DNA of 64,000 bases from the NCBI RefSeq assembly GCF_021869535.1, contig NW_026262712.1, forward strand, positions 115,072,001 through 115,136,000, in the 5' to 3' direction. The translations under genes and the position numbers were made by a program. Within the stretch, counting starts at the first letter, position 1; the number at the start of each line of letters is the position of its first letter. Shown one piece after another: positions 1 to 11,688 of the stretch. Under the pieces are notes generated by a model, which worked only from the letters and a program-made list of their open reading frames with translations, did no database searches and was not told the DNA's origin. This DNA is from Mytilus californianus. Taxonomy: Eukaryota.

Positions 1-1886
1 CTATTGCTTCCGTTAGGTAGTACACAGTTGTACGAGCTACTGTCTAACTTCACATCTGTTGCCTGTAACCATCTTATCAAGTCAACATTATTACATGAAC
101 ATTCAAATGCATTTCCTGCTAAGAACAGTGACAGTGAATGCATGGTTTGATTCTGATCAAGCCATATTTCTAAGTTGATACCTGTTAACACATTATTTCG
201 AACGTCAAGTCTTTTAATTTTTAAATGATTTATCAACTGTATTGGAATACTTTGCAGTAATTTTTTTGATACATTCAATAAAGATAGACTTTTCATTGGG
301 TCTAACAAATTGTCCGAGAAGTACCAAGTGTTGTTTTCTGATATATCAAGGGTTTCCACTGAATTCAAGTTTCTTAAAAGGTCTTTTGGATGCGCTTTTA
401 TGCCCTCATTTAAATTGCGATTCTTCGAGACAACTGTTTTCAGCTTGTTGTGCGGAAATCTACCAAATTCCTGCCAGATAAAGTAACAATCACCTCCACT
501 ATCAATAAATGTTTCCAAATTGGGGGGATGATGCTGATAATCTGATTCGAAAAACATCATCCCTGACGATATTGAATATGACAAGTCAACATACTTCAAA
601 CTACTATTAATAGCAATAAGATATATAATGGGTAAATCGTTTGCCATCATGTAACTAGCATCCAATTTATCTACGGATTTTAAAAAAATAAAAATAAAAA
701 ATAAAATCGGAAGGATTATCGAAACTTGCGCATGCTGAAATGGTGTTTTCTGTAGACACAGGATGGCTTACAACGTTATAGGAAATATCCAAAGTCTCCA
801 AACGACTAGATTGTCGAGTTAAATTGTTTAGATATTGCATCTGTATTTAATTAGATATTATGGCAAATCTATTCGCCCTTACCGACATATTTTGTATACA
901 TTCAGGATAACGAAATGTAAATAAAGATCCAGGTTCATAATCAACAATACCATTTTGTGACAAATCCAAGTTTTCAACACAAATAGTTCGTAAATACTTT
1001 GTCATCTCGGTTGTTAAAATCAAAGAATAAGGAAATTCTTTGTTGTCAATGACAACGTCGCTCACGTGTTGAAAGCTTATAATTGTCATGTTTTTATTTG
1101 TGTATGGACTAAGCAATAACAGTGCCTGATTTAAATGCATAAATGTGTCAGAAAAATCGACGACCTTCAGCTCTGGAAACGGCAGTAGAGTACCTGTTTC
1201 AACACGTACAAAATTCAATCTACAATTTTGCATTATAAGTGTTTCAACACTGGACGAGAAAAACGTAAATGTTTCATTGGTTAGGCTTACAACAAAGCAC
1301 GACAGGAATTCTATCCTACGGAGCATTTTCAATTGTTTACATCCTTGTCCAAATTTTGGTTTTGCATTAAGTCAATCGATAAGTTTGTCAATTGATTTAA
1401 AACACCTAATGCCTTGTCTGGATACGTAAAAATGGTGGAAAAATAAATCGGCTGATCCATGTTCCTCCTGATGTTGAGAATATTTAATTGCCCCAAGGGC
1501 ACGAAGAGATCTATTGTATACACATCAGACAGATTAAGAGGATTATCAGCCATTTCCAACAATTGAAGAGTTCCTAATCCCTTAAATGACAAGTTTGAAA
1601 GATGAATAATTTTGTTTGAATTCAGATTAAGTTTCAATAAGCTTTTGTAATTGACGAATGCATCATTTGTAACACCTGTTATGTCGTTCCTACTAAGATT
1701 CAGTGCATTAATGTTTCGCGGTAAATTTTGAGGAACATGTTCTAGTCCCATGTAACTACAGTCTGCCGTTATTATCGTACGGTTTCCACTATTTGTCTCT
1801 TTTATCTTGCAATCAGATGAACATAAAACCGGTATAAAATGGTAAATAAATGGATAAATGAACAACATTTTAAGATAAAGCTCCAT
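1..1886 (-). pseudogene. Toll-like receptor paralogue 1, disabled, runs off the left window edge
   Basis: ORFs 1329-1886 and 847-1332 and the sequence down to base 1 are colinear with the intact TLR at 6351-8873. Lesions: 1-nt deletion near 1364, in-frame TAA at 847-849, +7-nt A-tract expansion at 682-707. Confidence 0.92.
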
Positions 1887-4800
1887 CGTATGATTGTGTT
1901 AAGAATATATGAAACAGTTTCTTTCGTCAATATTTCGCATAAAACATTATCGGAATTCCTTGTCACGAGTTAACACTGTATTCTAGAACGGTATCATATA
2001 CATTTGTATTGTTGTAGTGGGGTACCTTAAGCTGTATGAATCAGTAAAATATTTACCCTACAAACCTACATGAATTTACGATTGAACCTTCCTTGTTCGA
2101 ATATCTTTTGTTCACACTATATTACAATGTCGTGTATCATAAATTATAGAAAATCTGGTTTTAACTTTTATTTGCAGTTGTTTCTTAAGATATCGACACA
2201 ATATTTTTACTAAACTGATATTTGCGACATGTCGTAACATACATATTTTGGTTTGAAGGGTGAGTTGACATATGATGGGAGTGTCCTGTCCTCTAATACG
2301 CAAAATGAACATTATTGGGATAGAATTCATTTCTCTTACATAGTGGAGACTAAGGGTAATTTGATTTGACGTCCTTGCTTTATGACCTTGAAATCTAGTT
2401 CAAGGTCAAATATAAAATTGACGATCTAGGTTTTGACCTTTGCTGTATATTCATATTTATACATGATAAAGCCTTGGGATCTTTTGCATTAGGTTATTAA
2501 ACATATGACCTTGACAATGTCAACCAGAATTGACTTTTTTTAAACCGGAAGTAGCAATTTATCTCCCTTATTCAAAGCAAAAGTATATAGAAACTATATA
2601 TTGTTTGAATCAAGGCAAATAAAGCTTTTATTTGACACCAGAAGTGACTTTAATTTAACCGGAAGTAGCTTATTATCTACCTTAATTGATGAAAAAAGTG
2701 CCTCAAAAATTGTATTTTCAAATTCAGTGCGTAATAAGCTATCATTTAAGCCCGGACATACTGTTTTTATCAAACTTTTCTCATCTTAAGTGAAATTGAG
2801 TAGAAAGACCTTTAATTATTCTCTAAACAATTTGTTTTTAATTTCATTTTTAAGTTTTTTAACCTTCTCGGTGTTTTTCTTTTACTACGAAATTTATCTC
2901 CTGGTCTTTATGATTATGTATCTCTAAGATGGTGGGATGTAACGAATGTTCATATATAACATTTTTTCCAATTTCCCTATCTACAGTTGAAAACAAGGTA
3001 TTAAATTTTTGTTGTGGAACTTGTTTCGTATCAGTCTGGGAACATTTGCAGTAATTTGAGTGGGCTATCCCATCAATTTCTGAAACCTGTATATCCCAAC
3101 ATACTAACCCTTACAAGTCCTTGACAATGGATCCTTTGATAGAATTAATTATCGCTATTTTACGAAATTTTCCCTTGATCTTACTGACTGATAATTTCCT
3201 TTCTCAGCACAGTAGAGTGAAATGAAAAATTATTGCTAGAAGCTAAGGACGCACGTGCCGTTGTCAACGAAATTAACAACGTAATCATAGGTAGTATAGC
3301 GATAAACAGATTATCATTGGTCATCTCAACTCGATTGTATTTCTCACTTTCGCCGTACCGGCTCAAGCAGGAAAATCAATCTCGTTGAGATGACCACAAT
3401 AATCTATAAGTATATGTGATATTTTCAGTAAAACCATCATATTATATTCTTTCAACATAAATATAATCAAGTTAAGCAGGCGAGACATTTCAGCATTGTT
3501 GTTTAAAGTTTTAACCAATTGTCTGAGTACTTTTTCTTCGCCTATTTTTGTTTTGTACTACAGCTAGCATATTTCCTGTTGTGTTTTGTCGAATGCCAAT
3601 TGCATGTCACTTTTCTTCCTAATCTTGAGCTTGGCAAGGAACTTAAGTTTAATTTTTGTGTTTACATTTCAATAATAATTGGTTCAGCCATTTTAGTATC
3701 AGTCAAGACTATTTTTTGTGTGCCTGAGTTACACTTTTTGAAGAACAAAAATGTTTAATAATGTTTTGTATCAGTCAAGACTATTTTTTGTGGGCCTGAG
3801 CTACACTTTATAGTGGAAAAAAAGGTTTAATAATTTTGCAAAAATCCCATGAATGGTTTTGCACAACTGAAGCATCATTATAGAAATAATTTTTCCTTGA
3901 TCGTTTTTTTAAATATTGTTTTCATTATGTTCCCAAAGTTATTGCATTTCTTTGTTTTGTGTAACATGAATATAACATAATATGTTAACGGTGAATGGTT
4001 TTTCTCAAATCACTATTCGTGCATGGGTGTGGATTTTTCTAGAGTATCTTGTTTTTAAAGCTGCATGTTTATCAAGTATATTTGTATGACATTCTTTTCA
4101 TTATTTTGTATACATTTATCTATAATGACAATCACTCACACCTATTGTAGTGTTGAGTGCATTCACACATTGTCTTTTCATTGGTGAAATGAACATCCAC
4201 TTATAATGATGTATTATCTAGCTTTTTATGAAACATGTTGTTTCTTTCACAATTTGAGAGATGTTAAAAATATCACATACATAATGTGAAGGTTGATACT
4301 TACTATGATTTAAAATATCCAAATTCAGATTATATTTAATACCAGATTAGTCTAAGTTATTTTGATATATTTTGCACAATCATTATCAGCCACAGAAGTG
4401 TGTTTGTTTATACTCATTATAAGCCATTTATTTTAGTTGATATTGACTTCAAGTCAAACGTTTCCAAAATTTGTCAGACTGAAAGTTGTTTTTCTGCTAG
4501 ATGTGTGTGTAAAGTATACCCGTCAAATTCCATATTGAAGGATAAATTCCAGTAAAGTAGTGAAATATGATCACTGAAAATAAACACATCTATTATCACT
4601 GAACTAGTATACATATTTGTTTAGGGGCCAGCTGAAGGACGCCTCCGGGTGCGGGAGTTTCTCGCTGCATTGAAGACCCATTGGTGGCCTTCGGTTGTTG
4701 TCTGCTCTATGGTCGGGTTGTTGTCTCTTTGACACATTCCCCATTTCCATTCTCAATTTTACATGCTATTAAAGAGGGGTTTTCTGTTTGGAGGGATGTA

Positions 4801-6350
4801 TCAATAAGCAACCACGTCTAGTCAGAATGGGAACAAGAGGGGTTTTCGGTTTGGAAGAATGTATAAATACGCAACCACGTCTAGTCAGAATGGGAACAAT
4901 TGCAGTAATTTGAGTGAGTCTGTCACACGACAAAATTCAAAATGTTTACCTTTACAAACCATGTATTTTTCAGTGAAAGTCTAAATTTCCCATCATTCAT
5001 TCCGGTTGACCAACAATACAGCACCTAACTTTATGGGTAAAACGTTCCCGTCATGGTAATTTATTAAAGGATTGTCAATATTCAAAAAGCAGTCGTCGTT
5101 GTCCTCACAAACGTCATCTCTGAACAGCCATCATGGCCTTCACCCGAGCACTTAGGCATGAATATTTTGAAACAAATGACGGGTATTGAATTCGAATGGA
5201 TCTTATGTTATCTGATTTTGGACCCTGAATATTCGCATATCCCATCAATTTCTGAATCCTGTATATCCCAACATACTTATCCTAACAGGTCATTGACAAT
5301 GGATCCTTGATAAAATTAAGTATATGTGATTTTTTCAGTAAAATCTTCATATTATATACTTTCAACATAAATAAAATCGAGTTAAGCAGGCGAGACATTT
5401 CATCATTGTTGTTTAAAATTTTAACCAATTGTCTGAGTACTTTTCTTTACCTGTTTTTGTTTTATACTTTAGCTAGCGTACTTCCTGTTGTGTATTGTCG
5501 AATGCAAATTGCATGTCAAGTCACTTTTCTTCTCAATCGTGAGCTCGGGAAGGAAATAAAGTTTTTTTATTTTTGGTTTACATTTACATTTCAAAACTAT
5601 TATAATTATAGCCATTTTAGTGGAAGTATGGTAACAATAATTAATCAATGTAAAAAGATATCAACGTTTTATGTTCGGCATTAAACTGTTGAATGGTTCG
5701 GGTTTCTAAGCCTGATATAAAAAGGTGGATATTTTTTCTGACCTTGATTTATCTGGATCTGTGACATATCACAAATACCTTGAAGAATGCACATAAATGT
5801 TTGTTCTAGAAAGGTGTGTCAGTCTAGATCTTTGATAGAAATATTATGGACGAGAAGAACATTGGTTTTAGAAGAATAATTCTGAGATTACCATAATAAA
5901 AGTTAAGGAAAGGAATGCTGACATGGATATCATGCATCCTACATTGGGTACATTTGTGTATAAATAATATATCCTATACTGTACGTCTTGAACTTTGCGA
6001 AAAAATAACTGCGATAATTATGAATGTTAAATGAATGTAAATAAAATACAGCCTAAACGTCGGTCAGATTTAATTCATTTTTATATTCAGGACTCAATAG
6101 CCTGTATAGATCATCATATTTTTTGCATATCATTTGGTATTCATTTAATTGTGCAGTAACTAAGATTTCGTGTACAAATCATACAATCAGACTTGATGAA
6201 CTCGGACACTAAACGTATTTCAAATGGAGGTATTAGTTTTTACACGCTTTATTACAACCATACGACTTAATTTTCACTTAGTGAAATAAAACTACTAAAT
6301 AATAATATATTTGTTTCATTTAAACCAATTTGTTTGAGCAAGGTTGTTGT
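1887..6350. repeat. Intergenic part of tandem duplication unit 1
   Basis: Colinear by eye with 8874-9293 + 11924-14780 + 21362-21721 once the later insertions are removed. Confidence 0.85.
4590..4760 (+). mobile_element. 5'-truncated 3' end of the Naiad-type family seen at 9294-11923
   Basis: Matches ~11750-11923. Absent at the paralogous site (~13555-13565). Flanked by an apparent 4-bp duplication, ACAT. Confidence 0.75.
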
Positions 6351-8873
6351 CTAATATAACCTCCTTGGTGTGAGCAACAATTTCAATTTCTCCCAAATAG
6401 CATCCAAATTAAACTGATCATCATCCGTCCATTCTATCAGGTACACATAGTTCCAGATATAAGAAAAATTACGAGGTACATCTGTTATTGTAATGTCCTT
6501 TGTTAGAACTATTACTGTTTCTAAATTGCTCCTAATTCTTTCGTATTGAGCCCTGTTTATCTCGAATGAACGATCAGGGGATATTGTATACCCTGGAGTT
6601 ATTACAAAGATAATGCATCTACTTTCTTTAATGGCTTCTGCTTCATTATCAGCATGAGAAATCCCAGCAAGGAAATCCCTTTCTCGTATACACATGTTTA
6701 ATCCCCATTCTCCTTCCAGTTTTGAGACAAGCGTTTCTTTGATCCAATAAACTGCATTACCTTCGTAAGAAATATACACATCGTAAGTGTACTGCCTTTT
6801 GATCTTTTGTTCAACTACACGATTTATTATTCCCTGCAAGGTAAACATGATTTTCCATTTTTTATTATACAACACTAGTAATATCGTTATTATGAATCCT
6901 GTTGACAGTAACGTTGTTGCTACTGTTAGCCACATAGAACTTTCACAATAAGCAAACAGATCGGGGAAAGAGTTATATGCATCCAATGTATTGCTGTTGC
7001 TTCCGTTAGATAGTACACAGTTATACGAGCGACTGTCTAACATCACCTCTGTTGTCTGCAGCCATCTTATCAAGTCAATATTATTACACGAACATTCAAA
7101 TGCATTTCCTGCTAAGTACAGTGACATTGAATGCATGGTCTGCATCTGATCAAGCCAATTCCTTATTTCGAAATTGATTCCTGTTAATACATTATTTCGA
7201 ACATCAAGTTTTCTGATTTTAAAATGATTTATCAACTGTATTGGAATACTTTGCAGTAAATTTTTTGATACATTTAATACAGATAGATTTTTCATTGGGT
7301 CTAACAAATTGTCCGAAAAGTACCAAATGTTGTTTTCTGATATATCAAGGGTTTCCACTGAATTCAAGTTTCTGAAAAGGTCTTTCGGATGCGCTTTTAT
7401 GCCCTCATTTAAATTGCGATCCTTCCAGACAACTGTTTTCAGATTATTGTGAGTAAATCTACCGAATTCATGCCAGATAAAAGAATAATCACTTCCACTA
7501 TCAATGAATGTTTCCAAATTGGGGGGATGATCCTGATTATCTGATTCGAAAAGCATCATCCCTGACGACAATGTATATGACATGTCAAGATACTTCAAAC
7601 TACTATTAATAGGGATTAGACATATAATAGGTAAATCGTTTGTCATCACGTAACTAGCATCCAATTTTTCTACGGATTTTGAAAAATTAAAAAAAACAGC
7701 GGAAGGATTATCGAAACCTGATGAAATGGTGTTTTCTTTAGACACAGGATAGCTTACAACGTTATAGGAAACATCCAAAGTTTTCAAACGACTAGCTTGC
7801 TGGGTAAAGTTGTTTAGATGTTGCAACTGTATTCTATTAGATATTATGGCAAATCTATTCGCCCTTACCGACATATTTTGTATACATTCAGGATAACGAA
7901 ATGTAAATAAAGATCCAGGTTCATAATCAACAATACCATTTTGTGACAAATCCAAGTTTTCAACACAAATAGTTCGTAAATACTTTGTCATCTCGGTTGT
8001 TAAAATCAAAGAATAAGGAAATTCTTTGTTGTCAATGACAACGTCGCTCACGTGATGAAAATTTATAATTGTCATGTTTTTATTTGTGTATGGATTAAGC
8101 AATAACAGTGCCTGCTTTAAATGCATAAATGTGTCAGAAAAATCGACGACCTTCAGCTCTGGAAATGACAATAAAGTGCCTATTTCAGCACGTACAAAAT
8201 TCAATCTACAATTTTGCATTATAAGTGTTTCAACACTGGACGAGAAAAACTTAAATGTTTCATTGGTTAGGCTTACAACATAGCATGACTGGAATTCTAT
8301 CCTATGGAGCCTTTTTAATAGTTTAAATCCTTGTCCAAATTTTGGTTTTGGCATTAAGTCAATCGATAAGTTTGTCAATTGATTTAAAACACTCAATGCC
8401 TTGTCTGGATACGTAAACATGGTGGAAAAGTTAGTCGGCTGATCCATGTTCCTCCTGATGTTAAGAATATTTAATTTCATCAAGGGCACGAACAGATCTA
8501 TTGTATACACATCAGACAGATCAAGAGAATTTTCAGCCATTTCCAACGATTGAAGATTTCCTAATCCCTTAAATGACGAGTTTGATGTATGATTAATTTT
8601 GTTTGAATTCAGATTAAGTTCCAATAAGCTCTTATAATTGACGAATGCATCATTTGTAACACTTGTTATGTCGTTACAACTAAGATCCAGTGCATTAATG
8701 TTTCGCGGTAAATTTTGAGGAACATGTACTAGTCCCATGTTACTACAGTCTGCCGTTATTATCGTACGGTTTCCACTATTTGTCTCTTTTATCTTGCAAT
8801 TAGATGAACATAAAACCGGTATAAAATGGTAAATGAATAGATAAATGAACAACATTTCAACATGAAGCTCCAT
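6351..8873 (-). CDS. TLR: Intact single-exon Toll-like receptor (signal peptide, LRRNT, LRRs, LRRCT, TM, TIR), 840 aa
   Basis: Hydrophobic N-terminus; LxxLxLxxN repeats; LRRCT NAFECSC...NC...YC; TM WLTVATTLLSTGFIITILLVLY; TIR box1 YDVYISY, box2 GLNMCIRERDFLAG, box3 IWEKL. Minus-strand AATAAA at 6248-6253. Orthologue cannot be assigned from sequence alone. Confidence 0.96.
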   Translation of the reverse strand: MELHVEMLFIYLFIYHFIPVLCSSNCKIKETNSGNRTIITADCSNMGLVHVPQNLPRNINALDLSCNDITSVTNDAFVNYKSLLELNLNSNKINHTSNSSFKGLGNLQSLEMAENSLDLSDVYTIDLFVPLMKLNILNIRRNMDQPTNFSTMFTYPDKALSVLNQLTNLSIDLMPKPKFGQGFKLLKRLHRIEFQSCYVVSLTNETFKFFSSSVETLIMQNCRLNFVRAEIGTLLSFPELKVVDFSDTFMHLKQALLLLNPYTNKNMTIINFHHVSDVVIDNKEFPYSLILTTEMTKYLRTICVENLDLSQNGIVDYEPGSLFTFRYPECIQNMSVRANRFAIISNRIQLQHLNNFTQQASRLKTLDVSYNVVSYPVSKENTISSGFDNPSAVFFNFSKSVEKLDASYVMTNDLPIICLIPINSSLKYLDMSYTLSSGMMLFESDNQDHPPNLETFIDSGSDYSFIWHEFGRFTHNNLKTVVWKDRNLNEGIKAHPKDLFRNLNSVETLDISENNIWYFSDNLLDPMKNLSVLNVSKNLLQSIPIQLINHFKIRKLDVRNNVLTGINFEIRNWLDQMQTMHSMSLYLAGNAFECSCNNIDLIRWLQTTEVMLDSRSYNCVLSNGSNSNTLDAYNSFPDLFAYCESSMWLTVATTLLSTGFIITILLVLYNKKWKIMFTLQGIINRVVEQKIKRQYTYDVYISYEGNAVYWIKETLVSKLEGEWGLNMCIRERDFLAGISHADNEAEAIKESRCIIFVITPGYTISPDRSFEINRAQYERIRSNLETVIVLTKDITITDVPRNFSYIWNYVYLIEWTDDDQFNLDAIWEKLKLLLTPRRLY

Positions 8874-11343
8874 CGTATGATTGTGTTAAGAATATATGAA
8901 ACTGTTTACTGAAAGACAGTTTCGTAACTCAATTTGTCACATAAAACATTATCGGAATTCCTTGTCATGAGTTAACACTGTATTCTAGATTGGTATCATA
9001 TATTGTTGTAGTGGGGTACAATAAGCCGAATGAATCAGTACAAAATTTAAACTACAAACCTACATGTATTTATCGTTGAATCTTCCTTGTTCGAATATCT
9101 TTTTTTACACTTTATTACAATGTCGTGTAACATTAGTTATAGCAGATCTGGTTTAAAATTGCTTTTTGCAGTTTTAATGACACGATAAATATTACACTCT
9201 TGTTAAGATGATTATACTTTATGTAACACTGTCTTAAGATATCGAATATATATTTTTACTAAACTGATATTTGCGACATGTCGTAACATACATGGTCATT
9301 AATGATCATTCTGTTAAAGAACAAATTCCTGGATATTTTGATAATTCTAGTACTGAACTCCCTCTTATTTGTTATGTTTAAAACAATCTACCCGAAAATA
9401 TGTGTTTTATTTTAGCCAAGTGTGTAAAGATGTTACTATCAGTGACAATCCACCAACGTCATGAAGTTGCAGTAATTCGAATACATTTATGACCCCAGTT
9501 ATCATGTAATAACAGGAGACCTTAACATCGTTCGTGACCGAAAGTTGAAATCATTCCTCAGTAAAGAACTTAATATCGTCCCCCGTCAATTATTAATTGG
9601 AATGAGTGTCGTAAAATCTTCCACGTACTTACTGCTGGAAATGGATAAAACAAAAAACAATTGATAAGAAATCCTTAGACTTTTTTTCATTCAGTAATGA
9701 ACATTGTTGATATACGTATGCCACATTTAAAGAACATTTTAATCCTAACAACAACCATAATAACCCTATTTCTCGTATCAAACATAAACTAAAAGAAGTC
9801 GCGATCGTCAAGCAATTTGTTTTTGTCCCGGCTGATAAGGCTGCTAATAATATCATTATTGTGTTTCTGCAAAAGGAAATCACGAATTCACCAGCATTCA
9901 ACTGACTCCATTTTCGGAAAATGACATCTGTAACAAACATAAACTTTTAGTTACTTCTTGACAACAGAACCAAATACAATGAAAGTTCTAACTATGTACT
10001 GGCTTCCCAGGCTGCACAAAACACCTTACAAAATAGATTTATTTCGTCTTCAAGCCATTGTTCTACTTGTACTACTAAACTGTCTATTCTACTTACTAGT
10101 ACGCTTGGTGCAATGAAAAACTGATGATAACTTGTTCAAATAAGGCCCTTGATAATAGTTGAATTGAATACTTTTGGAGTATAAAAAAATTCGTTGGACG
10201 TACTTGATAAATCGCATGCTTATATTGATGATTTTGAAACTGTTCAAAGTTTTGATTTTCTACCTTATATACCACTTTGCCTCATATTTTGATTAAGAAA
10301 ATATTAACACACCTAATTAAATGGTCATTTAAAATGTCAGAATAAGAATATATATGTTCAAACTCTTTTAGGTCATATTTTAGTAACAACAAACAAAAGA
10401 ACTATGTCAATTGGACCTGCTTTGTTACGATAACTAGCCTGAAATTTTTATTAGATAACATTTTTGTTTGCTTTTGAGATTCCGTTTATCGTCAAGTTAT
10501 CGGAATCCCAATGGGAACTAACTGTGCACCACTTATTGCGGACCTGTTTCTGTATTGTAATAAGTTACAATTTATGACTAAAATCAGCAAAGACCCATCG
10601 AAACAACATCTACTAAAAAAATTAATAACACTTTTAGATATTTGGATGATATATTGGCTCTCAATAATAACGACTTAAGTATTTACACTAAAGAGATTTA
10701 TCCTGTTGAAATGACTTTAAATAAAGCTAATACTAACAATGAACACTGCCCTTACCTAGATCTTGATATCTATATCTTGAGCGGAAAGCTTAATACAAAA
10801 AAAATATAATAAAAGACATGATTTTTCATTTCCTATAATTGATTTTACATTTTTAGATGGTAACGTTTCTTGTCACCATCTTATGGTGTTTATAAATCGC
10901 AACTTGTTCGATCGATCGTGTATGTAACAATGTATTTGGTTTTAACGAAAGAAATATCTGTATTACTGAAAAATTACAGCAGGGTTTTTGATATCACAAA
11001 CTAGTAAAAACATTTACTAAATTTTATCATCGGTACAAGGACGTCATTCGTAAATGTAAATCATCATGCAGACATCTTATACGTTCAGGTATTTCACATC
11101 CAATTTTTTATGGTAATATTCTTTACAAAGAACAAAAATGTCGGCATTCACCTCAAAAGCTTACCAAATCTTTAAACAGACTTTTTAAAAAAGGATATAG
11201 TTACGATACTGTCAGGTCATTAAAGATGGCATATTTTGGTTTTAATATTAATTTACTCATATGGTCTTTGGATTGGAAATAAACACATTTGTTCTAAAAC
11301 CAGTTGTTGGCATGATACGGGTTATGTTCTTCTCATATATCTT

Positions 11344-11389
11344 ATGACGGTATAATACTTAACCCCTAATGGGAGGGATTGTACTTGCT
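11344..11389 (+). promoter_or_regulatory. SECIS-like hairpin (form 2), partly decayed
   Basis: ATGAC + 11-nt helix GGTATAATACT/GGGATTGTACT (10 of 11 pairs, incl. G-U) + unpaired AA + apical mini-stem CCC-TAAT-GGG. The 3' core reads TGCT instead of TGAN. Starts 62 nt after the ORF stop. Confidence 0.55.
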
Positions 11390-11596
11390 TTTCATATGAT
11401 GAAGACATAATCTTTGAATCAGTCTAATTGAGGTCAGGAGCTGGCATGTCAGTAACTGCTAGTAGTTCTTTGTTAATTTATGTATCATTGTCATTTTGCT
11501 TAGTTTCTTTTGTTTTCTATTCTGACATCGGACTCGGACTTCTTTTTAACTGAGTTTTACTGTGCATATTGATATGTGTTTGTTTTTTTCTACATT

Positions 11597-11688
11597 GGCT
11601 AGAGGTATAGGGGGAGGGTTGAGATATCACAAAACATGTTTAACCCCGCCGCATTTTTGCGCATGTCCCAAGTCAGGAGCTTCTGGCC
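11597..11688 (+). ncRNA. Twister-ribozyme-like motif, circularly permuted (ends in P5)
   Basis: GGGG-G-A-GGG ... T^AA-CCCC-GCC, P3 GCA/TGC, G-CATG-TCCCAAGT-CAGG, 9-bp closing stem 11597-11605/11680-11688. No canonical P1. Confidence 0.65.

Noticed and set aside
242-1429. Plus-strand ORFs 242-481 and 1145-1429 (likewise 8074-8283 and 23443-23652)
   Set aside because: Antisense shadows of TLR coding sequence; their recurrence reflects the gene duplication only.
1945-1965. GGAATTCC upstream of the TLR start as an NF-kB site
   Set aside because: Only a partial match to GGGRNYYYCC and not conserved in paralogue 3.
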